From positions 1 through 40,147 of the IMG/VR virus record IMGVR_UViG_3300045988_143954: a stretch of 40,147 bases of DNA. One strand, written 5' to 3'. Both the position numbers and the translations under genes were made by a program. Every line of letters starts with the position of its first letter. The stretch's first letter is position 1. The notes beneath the pieces were generated by a model, which saw nothing but the letters and a program-made list of their open reading frames with translations, was not told where the DNA came from and ran no database searches. Shown one piece after another: positions 22,266 to 31,408 of this stretch. Source of the DNA: a virus.

Positions 22266-23393
22266 TCACGCGCCGACGCTTCCACGGTCCTCGAGCGCCT
22301 GCACGCGGTCGAGCAGCTGGTCCGTGCGATTGAACAGGGTCTGCAGGTTCACGCCGATCGTCTGCAACGTCTGGTTCTGGATCGTGTCCAACCGGGCCGT
22401 CAACGACTGCAACGAGGCGAGCGTGCTCCCCTGCTGGCCCACCACACCCGACAACTGCTCCTGCTGCTGCTTCAGCTGTTCCTGCTGACTGGCGAGCGCT
22501 TCCTGCTGCTGCTTGAGTTGCTGCTGCTGCCGGTCGAGCATCTCCTGCTGTTTCCGCAATTGTTCCTGCTGTTGCTGGAGGATGACCTGCTGCAATCCCT
22601 GCGCGCGAGTCAGCGCATCCAGCTTCGAGATCAACTGGGTCAACTCGGTGCCCGTGGGCCGGTTCGCCTCACGCTTCTCCGCCTCACGGCGGCGTTGGGT
22701 TCTGACCTGTCTGGTGAACATGTCGTTCAGGCCGCTGACGTAGCGGCGTTTGAGGTCGGTGACCGGGGTGTCGACCGGTTCGCCCTGGTCCTCGCGCACC
22801 GCCTGTTCGATGGTCTGGGCGAGCAGGGCGTGGCCCGTGTCGTTAGGGGTGATGCCGTCGGCGCGCAAGTCGGGGTCGTTGCCGCATATGGCGCGCATGT
22901 CCGGGATGCACAAAGCGCCGGCATTATCGGCCGCGAGCCTAATCGCGGTCAGCACGTGCGCCTGCTGCTCGACCGTCGTGTCGCCCGTGCCGGCGGGGAT
23001 GCAGCCGGGACCGCAACCCACCACGATCCGCGCCCCTGGGAACAGAGCGGCGGCGTGCGCGATCGTGTCCGCGACGGCCTGCTGCATGCCGGCCACATTG
23101 GCGAACGAATCCAACAGACCGGCCATGAGGAACACGTAGCCCACCGTCACGCCCGTCGATCCCGCGGCGGCCGCGTCGAGCTGGCCCGTGAGCGTGTTCC
23201 CGTCGACCATCCACCCCGCGCCGGCCTCCGCCTGGTTGCGCTCCTCGAGGCCGAGCATGGTCGAGGCGAGCGTGGAGTACCGGTGGGCCGTGTCCGACGC
23301 GCCCGCGCCGGCAGTGACTTCGTCACCGCACCATACGGCAGTGCTTCCCGCGGCCGCCAACGGGACGGGAGTCATACCAGTGTCGCTCATCAC
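22266..23393 (-). CDS. Minor tail protein: degenerate SGNH-like domain plus a Gln-rich coiled coil (375 aa)
   Basis: CGDEVTAG (block I with Ser replaced by Glu) and DGITPNDTGH (block V). QQQQEQLRKQQEMLDRQQQQLKQQQE forms the coiled coil. Confidence 0.7.
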   Translation of the reverse strand: MMSDTGMTPVPLAAAGSTAVWCGDEVTAGAGASDTAHRYSTLASTMLGLEERNQAEAGAGWMVDGNTLTGQLDAAAAGSTGVTVGYVFLMAGLLDSFANVAGMQQAVADTIAHAAALFPGARIVVGCGPGCIPAGTGDTTVEQQAHVLTAIRLAADNAGALCIPDMRAICGNDPDLRADGITPNDTGHALLAQTIEQAVREDQGEPVDTPVTDLKRRYVSGLNDMFTRQVRTQRRREAEKREANRPTGTELTQLISKLDALTRAQGLQQVILQQQQEQLRKQQEMLDRQQQQLKQQQEALASQQEQLKQQQEQLSGVVGQQGSTLASLQSLTARLDTIQNQTLQTIGVNLQTLFNRTDQLLDRVQALEDRGSVGA

Positions 23394-24496
23394 TCGGTCC
23401 TTTCCTGCGCCTGGACGGTGACCCAGTCGCTTGACGCGTCACCGCTGATGTCGGTGGCGCGGAGGTTGAGCGTCGTGACGCCCATGTAGTCGTCCCCGAT
23501 GGTCAGGTCGATGGTGTCGCCGACCCTCACGTCGTGTTCCTCGCCGACCTTGAGTTTGTGGGTCTCGGCCGGCCATGCGTGTCGTTCGAGGTCGCCGATG
23601 GCACATTGCTGGAGTGTCTTCATGTAGCTGACGGTGGTGTGGGAGGTGTCCGCGGTCATCAGGAGCATGCCGGTGGTGTCCAGTCCGCTGGTGCGCCTGC
23701 ACATGAGGGTCTTGTCGTCGTCCTTGCCACCGGTGAGCCAAACCTGGCTGGTCATGGACGAGCCGTCGCCGGAGAGTCCCTGGTAGATGACGCGTTGCCC
23801 GGGAACGATGGCGTTCCACCGCCATGCGTGGTCCATGATCTCCGAAGCGCATCTGAGGTCGTAGACGAGCGACCCGTCGTCGGCGGCCCGGGGGTCGAAC
23901 CGTGTCTCCGGCCCGTCCTCGAGGCTCGTGATGTCCTGGATCCGGTCGGCGATGGTGGCGAGGTCCCACGCGTACCAGGTGCGCGTGTACGATCCGCCCT
24001 CCGCCGGCGGGAGGCTGATTGGCAGAGGTCCCCACTTTATCGCCTCGGCGACGAGTCCGCGGATGATGTCCGGGTACGAGCCGGTCAGGGTGAAGGCGAG
24101 GTCGCCGGCCGCGTGCTGTTCGTCGGTCAGGACGCTCCGGTCATTCCATGCGTCCTTGAGGCGCGCGTTGATGGCGAGTCGTTTCGTCAAGAGCGTGAGG
24201 CCTCCGCCGCATGTCAGCGATAGGCGTCGGGTTTCCGCGTCCCAGTCGAAATCGGTCAGCGGTCCGGCGTGCAGGACCTTCGCGCCGCGTTGGACGGCCA
24301 GGATCACGCGCCAGCATTTCAGCATGTCGCGTATGCCTTGTCTGACCGCCGTGAGCGAATAGTCGATGGAGACGCTCATGCTGCCCGGCTCGTTGATGCT
24401 GTCGGTCCATGAGCACGCCGTGTATGGCAGTCGTGACAGGTGGGCTCCGGTAGCGATGTCGTACGCGTGCACGGTCAATGCGGTCAGGTTTGGCAT
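23390..24496 (-). CDS. Minor tail protein, Tal-like by position (368 aa)
   Basis: Follows the distal tail protein. ATGA overlap with the next gene. Confidence 0.6.
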   Translation of the reverse strand: MPNLTALTVHAYDIATGAHLSRLPYTACSWTDSINEPGSMSVSIDYSLTAVRQGIRDMLKCWRVILAVQRGAKVLHAGPLTDFDWDAETRRLSLTCGGGLTLLTKRLAINARLKDAWNDRSVLTDEQHAAGDLAFTLTGSYPDIIRGLVAEAIKWGPLPISLPPAEGGSYTRTWYAWDLATIADRIQDITSLEDGPETRFDPRAADDGSLVYDLRCASEIMDHAWRWNAIVPGQRVIYQGLSGDGSSMTSQVWLTGGKDDDKTLMCRRTSGLDTTGMLLMTADTSHTTVSYMKTLQQCAIGDLERHAWPAETHKLKVGEEHDVRVGDTIDLTIGDDYMGVTTLNLRATDISGDASSDWVTVQAQERTE

Positions 24497-24500
24497 GAGA

Positions 24501-25238
24501 TCACCTCCATGCCGGTCTGACGGTCATCGAGACCGTGCTTCCGGCGTCGGCCCGCACCGTCACCGTGCTCGTGCCGGGCGGGATGCAGAACGCGAGGTCC
24601 TTGGTCACCGTCCCGGACGACGGGATCATGTCGCGGAAGTCGAGCTCCAGGTCTTCCGCGTCGCCTTCCCACCGGACCTCACCGTCCCCCATCGTGAGAC
24701 GCAGCGAAGTCACGTGCCCGGACACCGATACCGTCGGCCATGTCGAAGCGGTGCCGGAGTTCGTCACGCGGCAGACGCCTCCGGACGTGACGAATGTGAC
24801 CGGCTCCCCGTATTTCAACGGGTCCGGGCAGGAGATCACCAGACCGAACTCGAACCCCTGCTCATGCCAGCGCATCATCGGCTCCGGATCGGCCGCCAGA
24901 AAACCTTTCAGCGACCTCGTTCCCGAAGCGGTGTGCTCCACGATGGTCAGTTCCTTGCCGGCGAGCGCGTTGATGCGGTCGCGCGCCTGCGCCGCGTCGA
25001 CGCTGGATAGGCCCCGGATGACGCAGTCGAGGCTGATGCTTCGTGGTTTCTGGGTGAGTCGGCTCGGCCAGTATGCGCCGTCGGATTGGGGTCGGTCGGT
25101 GGGGGTTTCGCGGACGGCCGGCGTGCCGAACAGTCCGGTGATCCCGTTCTTCTTGATGGCCCAGATGTGGTGTTTCCACCGGTAGTCGTCTCGCAGGACG
25201 ATGGTGTCGTCCGGGCTGATGATGGTGATGCGGGTCAT
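24501..25238 (-). CDS. Distal tail protein (Dit-like) (245 aa)
   Basis: Immediately downstream of the tape measure gene, with typical size. Confidence 0.6.
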   Translation of the reverse strand: MTRITIISPDDTIVLRDDYRWKHHIWAIKKNGITGLFGTPAVRETPTDRPQSDGAYWPSRLTQKPRSISLDCVIRGLSSVDAAQARDRINALAGKELTIVEHTASGTRSLKGFLAADPEPMMRWHEQGFEFGLVISCPDPLKYGEPVTFVTSGGVCRVTNSGTASTWPTVSVSGHVTSLRLTMGDGEVRWEGDAEDLELDFRDMIPSSGTVTKDLAFCIPPGTSTVTVRADAGSTVSMTVRPAWR

Positions 25239-25241
25239 CCG

Positions 25242-28200
25242 TTATCCTCCCCATCCGCTTGCGGCCCGTTGGGCCCGCAGGTTGAGCACGTTGAACATGT
25301 CGTCGGGGTTCATGCCGCGCGCGTCGATGTCGATGGTCACGTTCGTGCCGTTGTCTCCCGTCGTGGCGGGTGGCGTGGCGGTCGTCGTCATCCGTGTGGG
25401 TGTGGCGACGGTCGTGTAGGCGAGCCTGACGTTGTCGGCGGCCTGTTGGGCGCGGCTCATCGCGTCGCGCACCGCCGTTTCGGCCTTGCCGGCGTTGTCC
25501 GCCACTCCCTGGGCGAACGCCGTGGGGATGGACCGGCCGGAGTACAGGACCCATCCCCTGCCGGAGAACGGTCCCTTCTTCGCCGGGCTGAACGGGAAGA
25601 GGTCTCGTATCGACTGGAGCGCCCCGCCGACGATGTCGACGGCGCCACCGATGGCGCTTTTGATGCCGGACACGAGGCCGTTGATGATCGATTTGCCGGA
25701 TTCGACCAGCCATGAGCCTGCGCCTGCGAGCGCGTTGACGATGGTGTCCTTGATGCCTCCGATGATCGATCCGATGCCGTTGACGGCGCTGCTGACGATG
25801 GTGGTGAATCCGTTCCATATCGCGGTCCAGTCGCCGGTGAAGATGCCGGAGACTATGGATACGACGCCTTGGATGATTCCGGTGATGGTGCCGAAGATGG
25901 ATTGGATGACTCCTACGGCGGATTGGACGACCGGTGCGATCGCCTGGAATGCCGGCAGGAGGATTCCGGTGATAAATCCGGCCGCCATCGTGGCGATGGT
26001 TTGGATGATCGGGGTCAGCTGCTGGATAATCGGCACCAGCGCGGATGCGATCGTCGTGATGATCTGGCCGATGGCGGTGACGACCTGCATGATGATCGGC
26101 ACCACGGCCTGGATTACCTGGGTCAGTGGCGGCAGGAGCGTCGAGATCAGCATGGTGATGATCGGGATGATCGCGTTGACGACCTGCAGGATTGGTGGCA
26201 GGACCGTGGCGACGAGCTGGCCGAGCGTGGTCATGATCTGGCCGATGACCGGGATGAGCTGGCTGATCGTCTGCACGATGACCGGCATGACCGCCGCGAT
26301 GGCGGTCTGCAGGGTCGCGCCGACCTGTTGGATCAGCGGGACGATCTGCGCGAACATCGGCTGGAGCGTGGCCAGGACCTGGGTGAGCATGTCGCCGAAC
26401 TGGGAGCGCAGTTGGGGGCTGGTGGCGATGAGCGCGCCGATCGCGGCGACGACCATGCCGATCGGCCCGGTGAGCGTGCCGAGGACCTTGGCGAGCAGTC
26501 CTCCGCCGCTGGCCATGCTCGAGAACGCGGTGCCGACGACGGGCAGCTTGGTGAGCAGGCCGCCCAACCCGCCGGCGCCGAGCATGCCGAGCGCGGCGCC
26601 CAACGGCGCGATTATGCCGGTCAGGCCGCCGACCTTGTCCTTGATGCCATCGAACGTCGGCCCGATGCCCGCGGCGACCTTTTCGGCGAGTCCGCCGATT
26701 GTGTCGAACGCCGCGGTCAGACCATCGGTGAGCGTGTTGAGCGCGCCGGTCGCGAACGGTTTGAACGCGTCGACGATGCGTTTCAGACCGCCGGTTATCG
26801 CGGCCTCGAAGTTGCCCCACGCGCCCTCGAACGTCGTGGTGGCCGTCGCGGCCTGTCTGGCCACGTCGGTCATGCCGAGGTCCATCAAAGCCTTGTTGAA
26901 CTCGTCGGCGCTGATCTCACCTTTTTCCATCGCGTCCCTGAAATTGCCGGTGAACGCTCCGTTTTTGAGCATCGCCTCCTGCAGTTTGCCGGATGCTCCC
27001 GGGATGGCGTCCGCCAGCTGATTCCAGTTTTCGGTGGTGAGCTTGCCTTGGCCGGCGGTCTGGGTGAGGACCATGCCGACCGATTTGAAGGTCTCCTTGT
27101 TGCCTCCGGCCACGGCATTGAGGTTGCCTGCAGCTTCGGCGAGCTTGTCGAAGTCGGGCACGCTGTTGGCTGCGAGCTGTGCGGTGACGCTTTGGATGTC
27201 GCTCAGGTCGTAGACGGTCTGGTCAGCGTACTTCTGGGTGCTGGCGGTGAGCGCGTCGATGGTGGCGGTGTCCAGGCCGGCGAAGTTCAGCGTGCTTTTG
27301 AATTTGTCGGTCGCGTCGGACGCTTCGATGGCGCTGGGCACCATGCTCACGATTTTGCCGGCGAGCGCGCCGATGCCCGCAGCGGCTCCGGTCACGCCGA
27401 TGGTGGCGATGTTCTTGATGGCGTTGCCGATGCCGTTGATCGCGTTCTTGGCTTGGGCGGCGCCGGATTTGAATGCGTTGGCGATGCCGGTCGCCGCGGT
27501 TTTGACGATCGGGGACATGTTGTCGAACACGGTTCTGGCGCTGTCGCCGACGCCTTTGAGGTAGTTGCCTATCGTGGCGGCGACGGGTTTGAACGGTGCC
27601 GCGATCTTGTTGGCGATGCCGCTGATCGTGCCGGTGACTTTGCCGATGGCGTTGGTGGCGGTGGTCATGGCGTTGCGTACGCCCGCGCCGAACCGTGTCA
27701 TGGCGTTCAGACCGAGGTCGATGGGCTTGGCCATGCCCGTGAACCCGAGTTTGAACTGGGCGGCCAGGTCGGTGACGGGTTTGGCCAGATTGGCGGCCTT
27801 GCCTACGAGTCCCTGGATGGAGTTGGCCGCGCTGGTCATGGCGTCGCGCACGTTAGCGCCGAACCGGGTGACCGCGTCCAAACCTACGTCTATGGGCTTG
27901 GCCATGCCGGTGAATCCGGCCTTGAACCGTTCGAGCGCGCTGACGGCGGGGCCGGTGATGGTGCGCGTGAGCCCGCCGAGCGCGACGGACAGGTTGGCGA
28001 AGCTGCTCTTGGCGCGTTCCGTGTTCTGGAAACCGGTCTTGAAATCGGCGACCATGCCTTTGAGGCTGTCGGAGAGTTTCCGGTTCTTCGCTTCGAGGTC
28101 CTCCTGGACGGCGGCGAGGGTCTGCTGCGCGTCCTTGAGGTTGCCGGTGGCGGCCGTGAGCTGGATGTCGGCGAGTTTGACGCGTTCCCTGGCGGCGGCG

Positions 28201-28586
28201 AGGCGTTGTTCCGCGGCCTGGGCCTGGGCGCTTTGCGCGCCGTACCGTTGGACGGCGGTCGTATACGCGTTCTCGGCCTGGATCGCGGCGGCCGTGGCGG
28301 CCTGCTGGCGCATGCGCGCCTTGGACATGGCCGCGGATGCGTCGGCGACGTCTCGGCCGAGCTGTTTGACGGTGTCGTCGCCGACGCCCTTCATCGCGGT
28401 CTTGGCGGTGGCCCCGAGTTCCTTGCCGAGTTGGGCGCCGGCCTTGCCGCCGGCGCCCTTCATGCTCGCGGTGAAGCTCTGCCCGCCGGCCTTGCCGCTG
28501 GCGCTCATCTCCTTGCTGACGGACTTTTTGAAGCCCGTCATGACGGGGAACACGCGGACGGCGCCGGAGCCTACGATCTTCGCCAC
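25242..28586 (-). CDS. Tape measure protein (1114 aa)
   Basis: Size and position. Ala/Gly-rich helical N-terminal half, an internal ~45-aa duplication (GFTGMAKPID...), and a hydrophobic I/V/Q periodic C-terminal half. Confidence 0.9.
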   Translation of the reverse strand: MAKIVGSGAVRVFPVMTGFKKSVSKEMSASGKAGGQSFTASMKGAGGKAGAQLGKELGATAKTAMKGVGDDTVKQLGRDVADASAAMSKARMRQQAATAAAIQAENAYTTAVQRYGAQSAQAQAAEQRLAAARERVKLADIQLTAATGNLKDAQQTLAAVQEDLEAKNRKLSDSLKGMVADFKTGFQNTERAKSSFANLSVALGGLTRTITGPAVSALERFKAGFTGMAKPIDVGLDAVTRFGANVRDAMTSAANSIQGLVGKAANLAKPVTDLAAQFKLGFTGMAKPIDLGLNAMTRFGAGVRNAMTTATNAIGKVTGTISGIANKIAAPFKPVAATIGNYLKGVGDSARTVFDNMSPIVKTAATGIANAFKSGAAQAKNAINGIGNAIKNIATIGVTGAAAGIGALAGKIVSMVPSAIEASDATDKFKSTLNFAGLDTATIDALTASTQKYADQTVYDLSDIQSVTAQLAANSVPDFDKLAEAAGNLNAVAGGNKETFKSVGMVLTQTAGQGKLTTENWNQLADAIPGASGKLQEAMLKNGAFTGNFRDAMEKGEISADEFNKALMDLGMTDVARQAATATTTFEGAWGNFEAAITGGLKRIVDAFKPFATGALNTLTDGLTAAFDTIGGLAEKVAAGIGPTFDGIKDKVGGLTGIIAPLGAALGMLGAGGLGGLLTKLPVVGTAFSSMASGGGLLAKVLGTLTGPIGMVVAAIGALIATSPQLRSQFGDMLTQVLATLQPMFAQIVPLIQQVGATLQTAIAAVMPVIVQTISQLIPVIGQIMTTLGQLVATVLPPILQVVNAIIPIITMLISTLLPPLTQVIQAVVPIIMQVVTAIGQIITTIASALVPIIQQLTPIIQTIATMAAGFITGILLPAFQAIAPVVQSAVGVIQSIFGTITGIIQGVVSIVSGIFTGDWTAIWNGFTTIVSSAVNGIGSIIGGIKDTIVNALAGAGSWLVESGKSIINGLVSGIKSAIGGAVDIVGGALQSIRDLFPFSPAKKGPFSGRGWVLYSGRSIPTAFAQGVADNAGKAETAVRDAMSRAQQAADNVRLAYTTVATPTRMTTTATPPATTGDNGTNVTIDIDARGMNPDDMFNVLNLRAQRAASGWGG

Positions 28587-28609
28587 GATGCGTCTCCTTC
28601 ACTGTTCGG

Positions 28610-29352
28610 TTATCGGATGATGATCTCCTCGTCCAGTTCCGCGAGCGCCCGGCCGATCTCCTCCGGGGTCGCTCGTGCGGCTTCGAGCTGGGTGCGGCGT
28701 CGGTTCATGGTCCAGGGCATGACCTTGTCGGCCGCCTTGTCGTCGCCGATGGTGGCGGCGAGTTGGAGCAGGTCGACGAGTCGGGCGGGGTATGCCCATT
28801 CGGCGAGGTCGGCGCACAGGGGCGTTGCCGGGTCGTCGAGGAGCTGTTCGACGAGGTCCCAGGCCTCGCCCATGGTGATGGTCGTGCCGATCTGGCCGAT
28901 GCCGATGTTGTAGCGTTCGCGCAGGCTGGCGGTGAGGGTCCGCCGGTGGTCGCGGTGGAGTCTGGCGAGGGCGGTTATTTTTCCAGGACGAGCTCGTTGA
29001 TCTTCTGGTAGGCGGTGAAGTAGCTGTTGGCCATGTCGATCATGCTGGTCGTGGGCTGTTTGACGATCGTGTCCGCGGTCTTCCTGCCGCCGACCTTTTC
29101 GAGGACTCGGGTGAACTGGGTGACGCTGTCGGCGTCGTCGCGGGTGATCTCCTCGATGTCGGCGAGGCTGAGCCTGAGCGGGAGTTTGACCTTGGTGCCG
29201 TCGGGGAATCGGCCGATGAAGCAGTCGCCGCCGATGATGTGGCGGCATTTGGCCGATCGGGCGGCCGCTTTGAGGGCTTCCTGCTCCTTGGTTTCGTCCC
29301 AGTCGTCGAAATCGACGGCATCGAGATCGAGGTTGGTGGTTTCGTTGGTCAT
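28610..29352 (-). CDS. Tail assembly chaperone -1 frameshift product (GT-like)
   Basis: The -1 frame stays open from inside the G gene to 28610 (…GKITALARLHRDH…EEIIIR). An A-run GGAAAAATAA sits at the G stop. Confidence 0.55.
28975..29352 (-). CDS. Tail assembly chaperone (G-like, 125 aa)
   Basis: Acidic protein located between the major tail protein and the tape measure. Confidence 0.75.
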   Translation of the reverse strand: MTNETTNLDLDAVDFDDWDETKEQEALKAAARSAKCRHIIGGDCFIGRFPDGTKVKLPLRLSLADIEEITRDDADSVTQFTRVLEKVGGRKTADTIVKQPTTSMIDMANSYFTAYQKINELVLEK

Positions 29353-29434
29353 GTCGGGTTCCTTTCGGATGTGGGGTGTCGGGTGGTGTGTGGTGGTCGT
29401 CCGGCGGCGACCCGACAGCGCCGTCGGACGACGG

Positions 29435-30267
29435 TCATTCGGCGGCCTTGACGGTGATGGTCTGCTCCGGGCTGGTTCTGCCTTCGAGGGTTGCGGTGAC
29501 CTTGGTCTCGCCCGGCGCGACGGGGGTGAGCACGTTGCCCTTGATGGTGGCCTTGCCCGTGTCGGACGAGTGGAAGACCGCGGCCTGGGTGGCCATGCCG
29601 GTGGTCTTGTCCCAGTAGGTGGCCTTGGCACCGAGCTTGAGGGTCTGGCCCATCGTGACGGTGGTCGGCGCGGCGGCTCCGGTTTCGGAGGTAACCGCGA
29701 CCGACGTCACGCTTTTGGGTCGATGAGCCATTCTCGGTAGAAGCCGCCCCATTCGTCGTTGCGCAGCCAGTCGAACGTGACGGCGTTGCCGTTGTTCTCG
29801 CCACGCGTGTTCTGGTCGGGCTCCACGGTCTGGATGCGGCCCATGCCGTTGCGGCGCAGGCTCATGCCGTTCTTGTATTTCAGGCATTCGAACATCGGGA
29901 AGGTCGCGTCGTTGTCGCCGTCGACGACGATCATCCCGTTCTCGTCCGGGGTCTTGCCGGTGATCAGCTGGCGGACGATCTGGTTGAACTCGGCGAGCGT
30001 GATCTGCAGGGTGCGGGTCTTGGCGCCGCCCAATTTGTAGCCGTCCTGGAAGAATTCGATGTCGTCTTCCTTGTCGCCGCCGTCCTGGGGGCCGCCGTCC
30101 TGTTTGAACAGGCCGACCTTCACGTAGCCCTCGGGGAGCACGAGCGGGTTCGCGGCACCCTCAGATGCCTCGACGAACGTGGGTTCGCCGGTGAGCTGGA
30201 CCGCGAGGAAGCCGGTGATGGGCACGAGGACCTTGCTCAGGTCGTTGCCTTCGGCGTCTGCCGTCAT
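29435..30267 (-). CDS. Major tail protein with a C-terminal Big_2 (Ig-like) extension via a -1 frameshift
   Basis: Slippery C CCA AAA G lies 1 codon before the stop. The -1 frame continues as SVTSVAVTSETGAAAPTTVTMGQTLKLGAKATYWD...VTATLEGRTSPEQTITVKAAE, which is Big_2-like. Confidence 0.6.
29707..30267 (-). CDS. Major tail protein (186 aa)
   Basis: Position between the tail terminator and the chaperones. Typical size. Confidence 0.8.
   Translation of the reverse strand: MTADAEGNDLSKVLVPITGFLAVQLTGEPTFVEASEGAANPLVLPEGYVKVGLFKQDGGPQDGGDKEDDIEFFQDGYKLGGAKTRTLQITLAEFNQIVRQLITGKTPDENGMIVVDGDNDATFPMFECLKYKNGMSLRRNGMGRIQTVEPDQNTRGENNGNAVTFDWLRNDEWGGFYREWLIDPKA
29713..29719 (-). promoter_or_regulatory. 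Slippery heptamer CCCAAAA (-1 programmed frameshift site)
   Basis: X XXY YYZ pattern in the zero frame (GA C CCA AAA GCG TGA). Confidence 0.6.
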
Positions 30268-30279
30268 GATGGTTCCTTT

Positions 30280-30720
30280 CTACTGTTGTGTTGGTGTGGG
30301 CATGGGCTGGCCGACGCAGTGGTATTCGACGGTCAGGTAGTTTCGGGCCACGTCGGCCGGATCGTCGACCGGGTAGGGGCCGTTGGAGGTTTCGACGCTG
30401 CTGATCGGGCTGCCGTCGGCCATGCAGATGCCGGGGTCGGTGAGGATCCCGCACACCAGGCGCGCGAGGTCGTCGCACTCACGGTCGTTCTGCCTGGTGC
30501 CGGCGCGGACGCTCACGGAGAGTTCCTGGTCCCATTGGGTCAGGTCGTACCGGGTGGGCGTCAGCTCGTCCACGATGAGCAGCGGTTTGGCGAGCGGATA
30601 CCGGATGGTCTTCGGCGTCCTGGTCGCGACGTTCACGTCGACGCCGTACGCGGCGAGCGCGTCCTTCAGGTACCCGGCCGCCCACCGTTTGAGATCCGAT
30701 GGCATGAGACCGGTCATCAT
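30280..30720 (-). CDS. Tail terminator protein (146 aa)
   Basis: Conserved gene order upstream of the major tail protein. Confidence 0.6.
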   Translation of the reverse strand: MMTGLMPSDLKRWAAGYLKDALAAYGVDVNVATRTPKTIRYPLAKPLLIVDELTPTRYDLTQWDQELSVSVRAGTRQNDRECDDLARLVCGILTDPGICMADGSPISSVETSNGPYPVDDPADVARNYLTVEYHCVGQPMPTPTQQ

Positions 30721-31013
30721 TTGACCTTTCTCATCGCGTTCGCCAGCGTGTGGTGCTTAGCCTCGACGAGCATCACATGGTCGCATATCTCGCCGTCGGC
30801 GACGACCTGCCAGGCATTACGGTATTTGAATTCGACATGCTCTACGCTCAGGCTGCTCTTGTACTCGCCGGTCACCTCGGGGGCTTCGGCAAGCGCGATG
30901 TCGAGCGCCTGTTCGGCTTTCTCCTTGCACAGGCCGTCGACACCGGGATCCTTGAGGATGATGTCGAAGTAGTCCTGGTTGAAGTGCATGTTGACGTCGC
31001 CTATCTTCGCCAT
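30717..31013 (-). CDS. HK97 gp10-like tail completion/neck protein (98 aa)
   Basis: Size and position. ATGA coupling. Confidence 0.6.
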   Translation of the reverse strand: MAKIGDVNMHFNQDYFDIILKDPGVDGLCKEKAEQALDIALAEAPEVTGEYKSSLSVEHVEFKYRNAWQVVADGEICDHVMLVEAKHHTLANAMRKVK

Positions 31014-31408
31014 CAGACGCCTCCTTGGAATCGTTCGATGCCGACGACGAGCGTGGGCTGCCAGCCGGTGAACGGGTTTTTGTCGCGTTCGCCGACGCCG
31101 GTGACCTGCCAGGCGTCGCCCTGGATGATGATCCGGTCGTGTTCGCGGATGTCCACGGTCGGATCGGGGACGACGATCTGTTTGGTCGTGGTGGTGCCGG
31201 TGTCCCTGGGGTGGTTGCCGTCGGTGCTTTCGGTGGAGGATTGGCTGGCGAGGTATCCGTCGAACCGGAGAACATCCGGGTTCGACCAGTCCTCGTCGTA
31301 GGCCAGTCCGGACGGATCGCTGATGGGTTTGGCCCGTTGGCGGAGCATCGTGGTGAGGAACGGCATCGGGAACGCTTGAGTGCCGATGCTGTCGTCGAAG
31401 CTGGTCAT
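31013..31408 (-). CDS. Head closure / head-tail joining protein (131 aa)
   Basis: MTSFDDSIG...DRIIIQGDAWQVTGV. Internal start at 31408 overlaps the upstream stop. Confidence 0.6.
   Translation of the reverse strand: MTSFDDSIGTQAFPMPFLTTMLRQRAKPISDPSGLAYDEDWSNPDVLRFDGYLASQSSTESTDGNHPRDTGTTTTKQIVVPDPTVDIREHDRIIIQGDAWQVTGVGERDKNPFTGWQPTLVVGIERFQGGV

Noticed and set aside
22440-22620. Highly repetitive ctgctgctg/cagcag DNA that looks like a microsatellite or array
   Set aside because: It is in frame within the 22266-23393 gene and encodes a Gln-rich coiled coil (QQQQEQLRKQQ...). It is not a CRISPR array or a non-coding VNTR. The ~45-aa duplication in the tape measure (about 27690-27960) is likewise a coding repeat.
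25869-28913. Very long plus-strand ORF (1014 aa) and minus-strand ORF 24862-26820 (652 aa), both overlapping the tape measure region
   Set aside because: Their composition is extreme (G/D/R/H- or R/P/H-rich) with no protein-like motifs. They are alternate frames of a GC-rich gene whose real frame (25242-28586) has clear tape-measure features.
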